From positions 81,158,001-81,222,000 of the forward strand of contig OX597818.1 in the NCBI GenBank assembly GCA_951406725.2: a stretch of 64,000 nucleotides of DNA. Reading direction: 5' to 3'. The notes under the pieces were generated by a model, which saw only the letters and a program-made list of their open reading frames with translations, was not told the DNA's origin and did not search any database. Position numbers and translations under genes: made by a program. Each line of letters starts with the position of its first letter. The first letter of the stretch is position 1. The stretch comes from Octopus vulgaris. Taxonomy: Eukaryota. Below, one piece after another: positions 1-12,328 of the stretch.

Positions 1-409
1 ACATTTTATAAAGGGCTTAGTAAAATAAATTACTTTGCCACATACTGAACTCATTAGAAATAGCAGCCAAAAAAAAATTTTTTTAGCCATTTCTAATACT
101 TAAAGAAAATTTCTCTCAGATAGTGTTTACTCAAAATAACCCACGAAGGTATGGGGGTAAAAACATTAAAAAATCACAAGTGCAAAGATTATTTGAGAAC
201 GTACGTTTCTAGATCAGCCAAATACAATTCGACATTTCTTTCGTCAGCTCAAAATTTCTTAATTCGGATTTGTAAACACTGAAAGTAGGAGCATACCCTT
301 TTGGCGACTATTCACCTCCGAAGATCCGTTCAAACTAACAGTGCCAACAAATTCAAAATATGCAAGCGAAGAATTACTGCCCTCCCTTTCCACCCACGTG
401 GGCTAAACT

Positions 410-440
<31 letters not shown>

Positions 441-1212
441 CACACATATACATACGCCACAAGTCATTCAATAATAACGATATAAAAGTTAGCCGCGGGT
501 GGTACCCAAAATTAAACTGTTATATAGATTCTAAAGAACATTCAGTCTATAGTCTAAAGTAGATGCAACTTCAATGAACGAAGGCTATACCCGTAAAGTA
601 AAAAACTGCTCGAAAATGACATAGTCTATAAAACAACATTATGCAAGAAGAACAATTTGAAAAGAAGACGGTGCAACAGTGAAACATTAGATGCTTCACA
701 CACACACATAACATATATACTCAGTCCAAAACGTTAACAGAAGTAATGCGGCGTCCTGCCTAAGTACATTTGATAGAGAAAAAAAAAAGGCTAAAGAGAT
801 AAACACAATCATAATAGGGGAAATAATGGATGATCTTGCAGAAATACTTCGGTCCATGTTGTCTACTAAATTGTTAATTATTTACGCTGGATGGTCAGAA
901 TGCTTGGTTTTATATTATAGCATCTATTCGTTTTTTCTGAAAGATTGTCATTTTTCTATTGTGGAAATAACATCATATATTGCAGAAATTTTCCAGCTTA
1001 TGTTATCGATGAAACTAAACTGTAAGTGATTTATGGTGGTTGGTCAGTATGTGTACTTTCATAATGCAGCATTTATTAGCTTTTCTGAAGAAAGTGGTAT
1101 TTTTTCTGTAGTGGTATTTTCCTGTCCCAGAAATTTGTTGCAGATAGGTTTGTTTGGATGGTTATTTTGAAGATATACACGTTAAAGTTATATATTGGGC
1201 CTTTTCTTAATA

Positions 1213-1560
1213 TAATAATAATAATAATAATAATAGGCATTCGTCGGTCTCGAGAGACCATGGGTCTATGCCCGGACAATCTGTGTCAGCTGCAGAAGGT
1301 GGTGCAACATCTGCTGTCGTTGTACAGGCCGACACGGGAGTGGCAGTCTCGTAGGCAGCGGCTGCATTTGGAAACATTTTCTACCTGCATTACAGACTTT
1401 TCTTTGCTTAGAGCGCACTTTTCTCTTCCCCGTTCTCCATTGCGATGTATTTGTCTCCATTTGTGACCTCCTCTCATCACAGGACGTCCAAATACAAATG
1501 CTTTTCTTAATATTCTAAGACATTATCCGTCCTTGCTATGGAAAGACAGCTAGGTCATCA
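1213..1560 (-). mobile_element. RTE-type LINE 3' end fragment with (TAT)n tail
   Basis: Minus ORF 1286-1480 ends in CSRCLRDCHSRVGLYNDSRCC, resembling the CxxC-x3-SRxGL C-terminal zinc-finger tail of RTE-like ORF2. A short 3' UTR and (TAT)n tail at ~1213-1235 follow. Confidence 0.6.
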
Positions 1561-1807
1561 ACATTTCTGAAGTAATAGTTGTTGTTTAGTCACAGGTTTA
1601 CCTGTTTGAACAGATATCAAGACATTCCATTCGTGACCATTCAGTGTTTTCAGGAGTATGTAGGACTACATTCTCTGATGCGTATTTATCTTTAGCCATT
1701 AGGATGTGATTTGAGGGACATTTCATTGCTATTTCGAGCAGGTCGAACGAATATGTTGAGGCTTCCTCATTGACTCGAAGAAATATAGTGGATGGTGGTG
1801 TTACTGG

Positions 1808-1845
<38 letters not shown>

Positions 1846-1912
1846 GAGTATCAAATAATTGGTGTTCACATGAACCTAGAATTGCATTTCTATGAATATC
1901 TGCTGCCAGAAG

Positions 1913-1957
<45 letters not shown>

Positions 1958-1996
1958 TGTGTGTATTTGTGTGTGTGTATGTGTGTGCACATATGT

Positions 1997-2031
<35 letters not shown>

Positions 2032-2184
2032 TGAGTAGTGGGCAGCGGAGTGAGAAGGGTTAGTGAATAGTAGTAAGATACATAGGCATACACATGAGTA
2101 TGCGTGTGTGTTGATGTGCCTGTGCATATATGTGTATGAATGTATACATACACACACACATACACATATATATAATACACCTCC

Positions 2185-2220
<36 letters not shown>

Positions 2221-2389
2221 CTATATACATATATAACTACACACACATACACACGCGCACATATATATGTAATGAGTGAAACAAGTAAAAGAATATAAGG
2301 ATAAAAGAATATGTATATTCATATTTTAGTGTAATGAAGGAGAGAAAATATTAGAAAGAGTAAGGAGTTTTATGGAGAAAAAGTTCTAT

Positions 2390-2468
2390 GGAGAAGGAAT
2401 AAAAAAAGAAGAGATAGAACAGAGATAGAGAGGAAATGGAAGGATTGGGAAATATGAAATAAAGAACG

Positions 2469-2499
<31 letters not shown>

Positions 2500-3455
2500 G
2501 AGAGAGAGTGAGAGTGAGAGAGAGAGTGTGAGAGAGAGAAAGCGAGAGAATTCTGAAAGGTCTACAGATATATTGAGAGATGAGGAAAGAGATGAAGGAA
2601 ACAGCGAAGAATGAAGGAGAAAGAGAGGGAAGAAAGATAGAGTGAGGAAAGTAAAGAGAGAGAGAGAGACAAGGAGAGAAAGGGGATGAGAGAGAAAGTG
2701 AGAGGGAGAGTGATTACAGGAGTTTTTAAGAATATTTATAGAAATTTTTGCCAACTGCTTCAATTCTATAGACATATAATTAGGGAAGTTCTGTTTTGAT
2801 TGGCCTAATGTGAAGAATTTAAGCAGACTTGGTAAGTCTGATTTAGTTGTGGAACTGGAAACGAACACAGAATTATGGAAATATTTGATATAATGATAAT
2901 AGAGGCAATAGTGAAAGAGTAAGATGTGCAATAACGACTTGGGAGAAGGAGAGAGAGGGAGAGGAAGAGGAGGAGAAAGAGAGAAGGAAAGAAAGAGAGA
3001 GCGGGATAGTGAGAGGGAGAGAGAAGGAAATGGACAGAGAGGGAAAGAGAAGGCGTAACTGAGAGGGGAGAGTGAGAGAGAGACTGGGAAGGGGAGAGAA
3101 AAAGAGGACAGGAGACAAAGAGAGAGAGAGAAAGGGAAAGAGAGAGAGAGGGAAAGAGAGGGGAAAGGGAGAGAGAAAAGAAGAAAGGAGACAAAAGAGA
3201 GAGAGAGAGGGAAAGAGAGGGGAGAGGGAGAGAGACTGGGGAAGGGAGAGAAAAAAGGAAAGGAGACAAAGTGAGAGAGAGAAAGCGGGAAATGGAGGGT
3301 GTAACAGAGAGGGGAGAGGGAGAGAGAGACTGGGGAAGGAGTCAAAAAGAGGAAAAGGAGACAAAGAAGGAGAGAGAGAGAGGGAAAGAGACGGCGTAAC
3401 AGAGAGGGGAGAGGGAGAGAGACTGGGGAAGGGAGAGAAAAAGAGGAAAGGCAGA

Positions 3456-3495
<40 letters not shown>

Positions 3496-3669
3496 AAGAG
3501 ATAGTGTGGGGGAGACGACTGTTGCAAAGAGGACAAGAGACGGAGAAAAAGAGAGAGAAAAAAAAAACTGTTGCGTCAGAGAGAAAGAGAGAGAGATGGA
3601 TGGAGCGATAACTACTGCAGAGAGAAAAAAGAGAGGAAACATTATTGGTGTGTGTGTGTGTGTGTCTGT

Positions 3670-3732
<63 letters not shown>

Positions 3733-3735
3733 AGG
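2390..3735. repeat. GA-rich low-complexity tract with embedded degenerate minisatellite
   Basis: Strongly purine-skewed + strand with recurrent motifs gagagactgggga(a)ggg and gg(c/t)gtaac(a/t)gagagggg at ~3040-3480. The 418-aa minus ORF is SL/PF low complexity only. Confidence 0.85.
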
Positions 3736-3788
3736 GTTATGGGTAATGGCAGGTAAAGCAGCGACTAGAACAGCAACGGCAGCGTCTG

Positions 3789-4000
3789 CAGCAGCAGCCG
3801 TTCAAGAATTTGGACCTGGAGATCTCCATTTTCAGCGACTTCGAGGGCCACTTCCCAGTGGTGCCAGGCGTCAACGAAGAGCTCTCGACTACAACAAGAC
3901 GACCAAAGTTTTTTTCTTTTTTCCAAGGTTTGGGGTTTCCCACCCCTAAGCCCTAGACCATCACCTAATCACCCTTACCCGTCTTGTTGCTTAACAACAA
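3789..4000 (+). repeat. Copy A of a ~210-bp complex sequence duplicated in inverted orientation at 8340-8550
   Basis: cagccgttcaagaatttggacctggagatctcc...tcttgttgcttaacaac matches the reverse complement of 8340-8550, with ~15 substitutions and a T-tract length difference. Confidence 0.9.
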
Positions 4001-4037
4001 CAACAACAACAACAGCAACAGCAGCAGCAACAGCAGT

Positions 4038-4096
<59 letters not shown>

Positions 4097-4819
4097 CGAC
4101 GACAACAACAACAACAACAACAGCAGCAGCAGCAGCAACAGCAACAACTCTAACAGCTATAACAAAAAAACAGTGGTAAACGTAGACATAAGAACAAAAA
4201 CCAGAACAACAGTTCAGCTACGCCCCACGGTAATGATTGCAATGGCTTTGCTGTAGAGAATGGCCAGCGACACTGGCTACAGCAGCCACTCCACCTCACG
4301 GCAGCTTATTTCTCAGACGGGTCGCCGTTATTCCTATTTTGCCGAGAAAATCGGTGGTACGGAGTCCGTTATAAAATATGTATGTTACTCGCTTTTCCTT
4401 AGACGTTAGGATGCAGTTTAAGGAAGGTTTGGCTGCTGCTTCTAGGAAATCAAGAGATCACGCAAAGGTTTCGTCTTTGCTGTGTATGCTCATTTCCATG
4501 ACAACATCGGCAATGGAGGTTTTCGATCGGTTAAAATTACATAACTTTAAATGCTTGTAACTTCTTTATTATTAACGTAAAAAATTTGAAAACGCAACAC
4601 ACACACACACACGCCAAACGCACACGCAGACACACATGACGGGTTATGATGATTTTATTTTGCTCACGAGAACCTGTTGACTAATTTGCAAGAAAAATCT
4701 TCCCTACATTTTGCAAGAGAAATTTTCCAGTATAAGTACAGGCATGTGGTTAAGAAAGCTGACGTTGCTGCTGCGTGGTTTCGGATTCAGTTCCACTACA
4801 AGACACCTTGTGGGCCAGT

Positions 4820-5155
4820 CAGCCATGCTGGAGCACTACCTTTAGTCGAAGAAATTCTTTGTAAGCCTAGTACCTATTCTATCGGTTACTTTTGCCGAAG
4901 CGTTAAGTTAAAGGAACATAGACACACCAGCATTGGTTGTCAAGCGATGGTGGTGGGGGGAGAAACAGACATACACAAATACTGATGCACATATAGATAC
5001 GACGGGCTTCTTTCAGTTTCCGTCTACCAAATCCACTCACAAGGCTTTGGTCGGCCCGAGGCTATAGTAGAATATACCTATCCAAGGTGTCACGCAGTGG
5101 ACTGAACCCGGAACCATATGGTTGGGAAGCAAGCTTCTTAGCACACAACCACGCT
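4820..5155 (-). mobile_element. tRNA-derived SINE family A
   Basis: Reverse complement of the family core (ggttccgggttcagtcc...gccgaccaaagccttgtgagtggatttggtagacggaaactgaaagaagcccgtcg), which recurs many times in the window. Confidence 0.85.
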
Positions 5156-5623
5156 AAGTATATGATATATTATATAGCTGGGGAATGAATGGAATGTCTG
5201 GTGTGTGTCTTGTTGTGGCTACCCACTTCTAAAAAGGGTGAATAAACCTGGGTATATAATATGTATGAGAGTTATTGGTATCTAGAAGACCCAAAAAGTA
5301 GCAGGTACCGTAGTTAAACTCTTGGTTCGATAGTGATATGAGTGAGGAGTCTAATGTGGGTCTTGTTTTAGCATGCACTTTGAAACGATTAAACATGAAC
5401 TACTATTGGAACTTACATACCGTATACAGGAAATTTTTTTTTACCATTTCTATACACCACTTTCTTCGAATAATGGAACTGCAGCTATAAAATCTTTATA
5501 AATTATATATTTTTTTTCTACTTTCATTCTCTTATTTCACTCTATACTCCCTATCTACTCCTTCTCCATAATGATTCCTTATTTCGAACTCAAAAATTTA
5601 GCTCCGTTTAACCATCTCACATC

Positions 5624-5671
5624 GTCTCTGATGAAAGGATATCCATAATATCCCAGAAATAGCTGTAAGAC
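5624..5671 (+). ncRNA. Type I hammerhead ribozyme (canonical core)
   Basis: Reads GUCU-CUGAUGA-aa-GGAUA(uccauaa)UAUCC-ca-GAAA-UAGCUG-UA-AGAC. Stem I is GUCU/AGAC, stem II has 5 bp, stem III is near-palindromic, and predicted cleavage is after A5667. Confidence 0.8.
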
Positions 5672-5690
5672 TATATCTATATCCTGTTTG

Positions 5691-5870
5691 GTCTGGAGAG
5701 AGTCATTTTCTTTTTGTACCTTATAATTTAACACACTCACCGGTAAAATTTCCACTGAGTGTGTTAAGTTATAAGGCACAAAAAGAAAATGACTCTCCCC
5801 AGACACAAAAGAATATGCTTCAACATACGAACTCATATAAAGAATCTTGCAAACCAAATCCAAAAACGAA
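5691..5870. repeat. Short palindrome (arms ~5691-5739 / 5756-5804), same family as 24502-24830
   Basis: gtctggagagagtcattttc...aacacactca vs tgagtgtgtt...gactctccccagac. The downstream tail matches 24720-24830. Confidence 0.85.
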
Positions 5871-6394
5871 ATATATCTATATCTTTTTCCTTATAAATGT
5901 TCTGAAAACTCCTTACAGCCTTGGTTTTGTTATCTCATTTTGTCTAATATATATAAGTATGCACACACAGATATATATATACTATACATATATAAAGTTA
6001 TATAAAACAAACTATTTAAAAATATTTATTTAGACATATCTTGTATATTGTTTCCACACCAGATTTTGTAAAAACAATTAGATACCTACCAGTTCATCAG
6101 CAACTGAAATATAAATGAATGTTTAAAATAATAAAAACTTACAATGTTTGTTATTACAAGCTGAAGAATAAATACATGGTCATTTGTATGAATTTAGGTC
6201 ATTTGTAAGAATTTTGAAAAAGAGGCATAGCTCATCAAAGAAAAGCAGTATTTGAAAAGAAATTGGTACAAATAATCTTGAGAATCCTTAATCACATTAA
6301 ATCAAAGCATCAATGGCTGCTTTAACACCGGGTTGAAAGCTTTGATATGTCCAAATCATCTGATCTTTAACAATTCTGGACATATTGTTGGTTA

Positions 6395-6520
6395 ATATAG
6401 TTCTATATTTAAGAGATGAGGAATTATGTACATTATTTACAGTATTTACGGGCATATGGCGTAGTGGTTAATAGCGCAGGCTACTAGCCTCAAGGTTCCG
6501 AGTTAGATTCCAAGTAGTGA

Positions 6521-6559
<39 letters not shown>

Positions 6560-6565
6560 TAATAA

Positions 6566-6637
<72 letters not shown>

Positions 6638-6785
6638 CAACATCAAAAAACACCTTAGGAATGAGAACCTATGTTCGAAATTTCCCCAAGACACCTGATG
6701 AAGGCTAGAGGGTATATCAGCCGAAATGTGTTAACAAACAAGACGAGGACAACTTTCCGTCAATTGTAAATAATGTAAATAATGT
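6395..6785 (+). mobile_element. Non-autonomous retroelement: inverted 3' piece + tRNA-like head + (AAT)n + hammerhead, flanked by TSD
   Basis: A 13-bp TSD, atattgttggtta (6382-6394) / atattattggtta (6786-6798), flanks the element. A-box tggcgtagtgg and B-box-like gagttagattcc lie in 6450-6522, with a hammerhead motif at 6690-6732. tacattatttaca (6429-6441) is the reverse complement of the 3' terminal tgtaaataatgta. Confidence 0.75.
6690..6732 (+). ncRNA. Hammerhead ribozyme, stem III apparently deleted in this copy
   Basis: Reads GACAC-CUGAUGA-a-GGCU...AGCC-GAAA-U-GUGUU. Stem I (GACAC/GUGUU) and stem II are intact, but only 1 nt lies between GAAA and stem I. Confidence 0.65.
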
Positions 6786-7717
6786 ATATTATTGGTTATG
6801 GCGGAGTTAGGAGATTGTATAGGGTTATGGGGCTATTGATTGACCTCTCTCTCTCTTGACTGCGTCCCAGCTCGCATCCACGCTTGGTTTAGCCTTGTCT
6901 TACGAGACAGCGCAGACTATTGCTGGAAGACGGTCTCTGTCTACCCAGGGCCAAACAACTTTGTCCAACACCTCTGAGTATCCAGTGGCATAGACTCTTA
7001 AAATCTGTGAAATAAAGTGAAGAGACATGATATTTCCGTCGTTGCTGACGACTCTCATAATCATCACAGTTGCTGGGAATTTAGTATAGATGACCTTTGG
7101 AACCTCATTTGATTCTCTGCATAAACATCTGTCGTTCCTTCAGCTTACTCTTGATCCTAATGGAAGTTTTTCTCATCGGAGAAGGACCAAAGCATTCGAA
7201 TCTCCTGATATTTTAACTTGCACGGATCAAACGATTCTCTCTTGTCACGTCTGACATAAACTGGCCCCTCCGCATCATATACGATTTGCACCAGATATCC
7301 TCATACACAACTCTTTTGATGGTATATTCTGAAACTTTGAGGTCCTTTCCAATGGCTCTGATTGATTTACCAGAATTTTTGTCGATTATTTTTTAGATTT
7401 AGATTATTTCTTAGCCTTTTTGTACAAAGTGTTCTGATGGCATTAGGACTGCGCATTCGTTTTGCGTTTAGTTGCTGATTTTGGATCACCACTAGTAGCT
7501 TCCTCTTTGACAACAAAGGATTGGCAACTTTCATGAAGCAAGCTATCTCTGTATCACTATGCTGTGCTCTTAAGGCAATGATTAAAGCATTCCTTTTCAT
7601 TCGCTGAGTCAACCTGATGTCTGATATTATTTTTCTGAAACGTAAGGTAAAGAAAATGTTGGAAGAAAGTTAAAACCCTCGAAACAGGTGTCCTCAAAAA
7701 CTGACTGAAACTGCACA

Positions 7718-7780
<63 letters not shown>

Positions 7781-8339
7781 ACGCACACGTACGTACGCAT
7801 GCACGCACACACATACATGTATATGTGTTCATGTCTTTGTGTTCATGTTTGTTTCCCTACCGTTTGAGAACCGGTGTTGGCTTGTTTGCATTCACATAAC
7901 TCACCGGTTCGGCAATACAGGGGTCGAGTTCGACTAAATCCTTCAAGGCGGTAGCCCAGTATCGCTTCAGTCTATTGAATGAAAAACGAAGCTGATAAAT
8001 GAGAAAGACTCCAATTTTACCTATCTGTATTGTCGTACCATTGTCATTTCAAATTTCCTCTCAAGTACTTTTTCACATGAACATATATATGACTTTTTGC
8101 ACGTGCGGGTGTTTAATCTAAACACACAAATACCTGTTCTCTTGAATCATTTCCCTTGATCATTTTCTTCAGGAAGAGCTCTAATGGCATTGGTAATGTG
8201 GCTCTCTTTGCATTTGGGAGTCTCTGTGAGGTCTGTTTGTTTCTCGTCCAGAGAGAATTAAATTTACAGCTCCCGCAAAAGTGTCTAACTTTATAGCGCT
8301 TTTGCTGTAAATTTTGTTCACAGTGCTGCTGCTGCTGTT

Positions 8340-8550
8340 GTTGTTGTTGTTAAGCAACAAGACGGATAAGGGTGATTAGGTGATGGTCTAGGGCTTAGGG
8401 ACGGGAGACCCCAGACCTTGGAAAAAAAAACTTTGGTCGTCTTGTTGTTGACGAGGGCTCTTCGTTGACGCTCGACACCACTGGGAGGTGACCCTCGAAG
8501 TCGCTGGAAATGGAGATCTCCAGGTCCAAATTCTTGAACGGCTGCTGCTG
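8340..8550 (-). repeat. Copy B of the ~210-bp inverted duplication
   Basis: Reverse complement of 3789-4000. Both ORF translations contain AVQEFGPGDLHFQRLRG...RQRRAL. Confidence 0.9.
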
Positions 8551-9663
8551 TTGTTGTGACCTCAGTGAATGTTACAATGGTGGTAGCGGTGGTGAAACTA
8601 TTGAAAGGAGCAGAAGAAATATTGTTTTTAGTGGTAGCGGAAGAGGCATTGGTATTCGACAAAATGATGGAGAAAACAGTTTACCAGTCGTTATAGTAGA
8701 AATACTGGTAATGATGATGATAATGATGTTGGTGGTGCTATTGATATTTGTGTTACTAATTTTCTTTCTCTCCTCATTTCCGTTCTCGGATCGACGGTGA
8801 CGTTGTTACTATCGTTATTGTTACTATTATGGTTGCTCTCCCTTGAGAATGGCAGAGTTGGAAAATCCTGTCTAGTGAAAATAACGAAATAAGGTCTGTT
8901 AGTGAAGCTAACCCTTATACTGTTGCATCTGTTGCGATAGTTTCTCTTATAACTTGACATGTTGCGACTGCAACTAGGGATGATTGTGGTTTTACTGTTC
9001 GTGGAACTACTGCTTTTGTTGGTGATGGTGTTACAGCAAAACTTATGTGAAAAATATTCTGAAAAAGTATTTTTTTCCTTTGCAACATTTCCTTCGCAAA
9101 CATTTCTGACGATTGCAACAATGTCTATAAGGGCTGATTTCGACCACAATTCTATGTGCTGAAGTTAGACTCTGTTAACATTTATGCTTGATATTTTTGT
9201 AGTCGACTCGTCGGGATGGGACGGAGGAGTATTTGTTTTTTCCCTAATTATGGAAGATACAGAAGTTTGAAGGATTTTCTTTTCTGAATATGTGACGAAC
9301 AAGCTAAAAAACAGCAACGGGAACGACCCCCCCACCCAAAGAAAACCCCCCCAAAAGACATACCGAAGAAATTCGGTAAAAAGAAGTTACGGGCATAGAC
9401 TTGTAGAATAACAGCATGTAAAAACTGTGCAGTACAGATGCACCAGCAGCAGCGTTGCCACCACCACCACCACCACCACTACCACCACCACCACCACCAC
9501 CACCACCATCACCATCACCACCACCACCACCACCACCACCACCACCACCACCACCACCACCACCACCACCACTACCGCCACAATAATGATATACATGTAT
9601 CTGACGTTATTTCCCCCTATATACGCGTGTGTTTGTGAGTGTATATATGCGGGTATGCACGCA

Positions 9664-9704
<41 letters not shown>

Positions 9705-9745
9705 ATATATATGTGTGCATATATTTTTATTCCTCAATATGTCTG

Positions 9746-9859
<114 letters not shown>

Positions 9860-10049
9860 CCTTTATCTATCTATTTATCTATCTATATGCATACATACAT
9901 ATTTATGCATATATATACATACAGATATTTGTATATGCATGTATATATAAATATATACACACATACATATATACATATTTATACACACACATGTATACAA
10001 ACACATACGCACATATACGTATAAATGTATGTATGTACGTATATATATT

Positions 10050-10106
<57 letters not shown>

Positions 10107-10513
10107 ATTTATCGATTGATTGATAGACAGTTTGAAAATAATATTGCAAATTATAGTGTTGCCGTAAACATACCTATTAAGTTAACGAGAGAATGAGAGA
10201 CTCGGAAAGAAAGGAGAAAAAAAGAGAGTGATGTAGTTAGCAAAGAAAATATTGAAAGAGTGAGAGAGAAAGAGAGAGAGAGAATGAGGGATAGTTACAG
10301 AGTTGGAGATTGATAAAGAATGGAAGATATTGACAGAGCGGGTGATAGAGAGAGTGACACAATGATTTCGTGTTATTTCTTTACGAAGCTATTTCTAAAT
10401 TTCTAGGTTTTTATAATTCTGCTCCGCAGAGTTGATAAAATTATAATTTCTTTTGCTGCGTCGATTGTTGTTGTTGTTGTTGATGATGATGTTTATTATT
10501 ATTATTATTATTA

Positions 10514-10604
<91 letters not shown>

Positions 10605-10983
10605 CTTTGTATTTTGGAGTTCGATTTTAGACTTAATTAAACATCGAACTCACTAACATCTAAATTGAATGTATACATGTGGGTGTGTGTGTATACATAC
10701 ATGTGTGTGTATACATACATGTGTGTGTATGCATATATGTGAATATATATATATATATATGTATATGTATACTAACACACAGACCTACGCATTATACAGA
10801 ACCACGCACGCACATACGCACAAAACAATGTATATATATAAATACGTATGCATATATTTGGATATATATGCATATGCAACCCCCGCACATATATATATAT
10901 ATAACCTTATAAATATATGGATAAAATATATATATATATATATATATTGATATATATATACATATGTATATATCCATATATAT

Positions 10984-11080
<97 letters not shown>

Positions 11081-11171
11081 TATACACATACACACTCAGA
11101 TTAAAAAAATTATATACGCTCTTTTTGTACGCATCTAGATGTTTCTCTCCAATACTTTTAGTTTTCTTCTT

Positions 11172-11243
<72 letters not shown>

Positions 11244-11435
11244 TTTAGTATTTTGGTGTGTATATATCAATATTAATGTGTCAGTGTGAAATTATTTCAG
11301 TAAATTTGCGCTTTGCATTTTCCTCGTTCAGATTCTGCATTTAGAATTTTCTTTGCTTCCGACGAGTGCCATGATAACAACCACACACATACATACACTG
11401 AGCAACACATTGTTTATAAATATGGTTATATAATA

Positions 11436-11581
11436 GGCGCAGGAGTGGCTGTGTGGTAAGTAGCTAGCTTACCAACCATATGGTTCCGGGCTCAGTCCGA
11501 CTGTGTGTCTTCTACTAGAGCTTTGGGCCGACCAAAGCCTTGTGAGTGGATTTTGTAGACGGAAACTGAAAGAAGGTCATC

Positions 11582-11634
<53 letters not shown>

Positions 11635-11835
11635 TGTGTGTGTGCGTGTGTTTATGTCCCTGTGTTTGTCCCCACACCATCGCTTGACAACCGATGTTGG
11701 TATGTTTACGTCTCCGTAACTTTGCAGACCGATAAAATAAGCACTAGGCTTACAAAGAATATGATTTGTTCGACTAAAGGCGATGCTCCAGCATGGCTTC
11801 AGCCAAATGACTGAAACAACTTAAAAGAATAAAAG
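11436..11835 (+). mobile_element. tRNA-derived SINE family A with internal (TA)n
   Basis: ggcgcaggagtggctgtgtggtaagtagc head, family core, internal microsatellite and aaaagaat tail. Confidence 0.85.
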
Positions 11836-11867
11836 AATGCATATATATATATTTCTACACACATATT

Positions 11868-11915
<48 letters not shown>

Positions 11916-12328
11916 CATATGTTTGCATGAAGTTAAATGCATTTCTTCTCTAACTTTTAGTGTTTGCTTCTCTTTAGGATATATGATGAGATTTTTCGTG
12001 TTTTCATCCAAAATGGAAACTAATACAATTCCGCCTTGTGATTGGTGTGAAAAAATGTTAAGATATTAAGATAATTTTCTTAACAGGAAACCAACGGTAG
12101 CCTTAACACGCAACTAAAGAAATTTTATCCACCGGTGCTGTGTTGAGCACTCATTCTCATTGTTCGACATTTACACACACACACACATATATATCTTAAA
12201 TATATATATATACGAATGTATATATACATACCCCCCCCCCCATATATATATATATGCTTGGGGCCATATTTAATTTAAGGTTTTTCCGTTGCAGAATTCA
12301 AACCAAGGCTTTCTGTTTCAGTCTAGAC

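Larger units (their letters stand above)
6045..7710 (-). mobile_element. Decayed Tc1/mariner (maT/DD37D-like) DNA transposon, interrupted at 6395-6785
   Basis: Minus-strand peptides are MKRNALIIALRAQHSDTEIACFMKVA (7367-7612), TKFPATVMIMRVVSN (~7041-7085), FQQ*SALSRK (~6900-6935), WDAVKRE..PHN (~6800-6870) and SFQPGVKAAIDA (~6305-6345). Many stops and frameshifts; ends approximate. Confidence 0.75.

Noticed and set aside
1-529. Possible Helitron/HINE-like 3' end (gccgcgggtggtaccc...tatatagat)
   Set aside because: It is cut by the window edge and present once, and the terminus resemblance alone is too weak.
2386-3642. 418-aa ORF
   Set aside because: It arises from a stop-poor CT/GA low-complexity tract and has no domain-like content.
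3840-3890. HDV-like reading of the duplicated segment (CAC-UUCCCA-GUG...CGAA)
   Set aside because: No upstream P1 partner could be found in either copy.
3860-3900. RRQRRALD resembling a furin site / TGF-beta1 junction
   Set aside because: No cystine-knot domain follows, copy A stops soon after, and there is no supporting splice structure.
6450-6522. tRNA gene (also 36735-36810 and other SINE heads)
   Set aside because: Acceptor/T stems are imperfect and the sequences run into repeat bodies, so they are SINE heads rather than tRNAs.
8691-9149. 152-aa ORF as a host exon
   Set aside because: Non-ATG start with an in-frame stop just upstream, no recognisable domain and no clear splice sites. 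It is not excluded, only unsupported.
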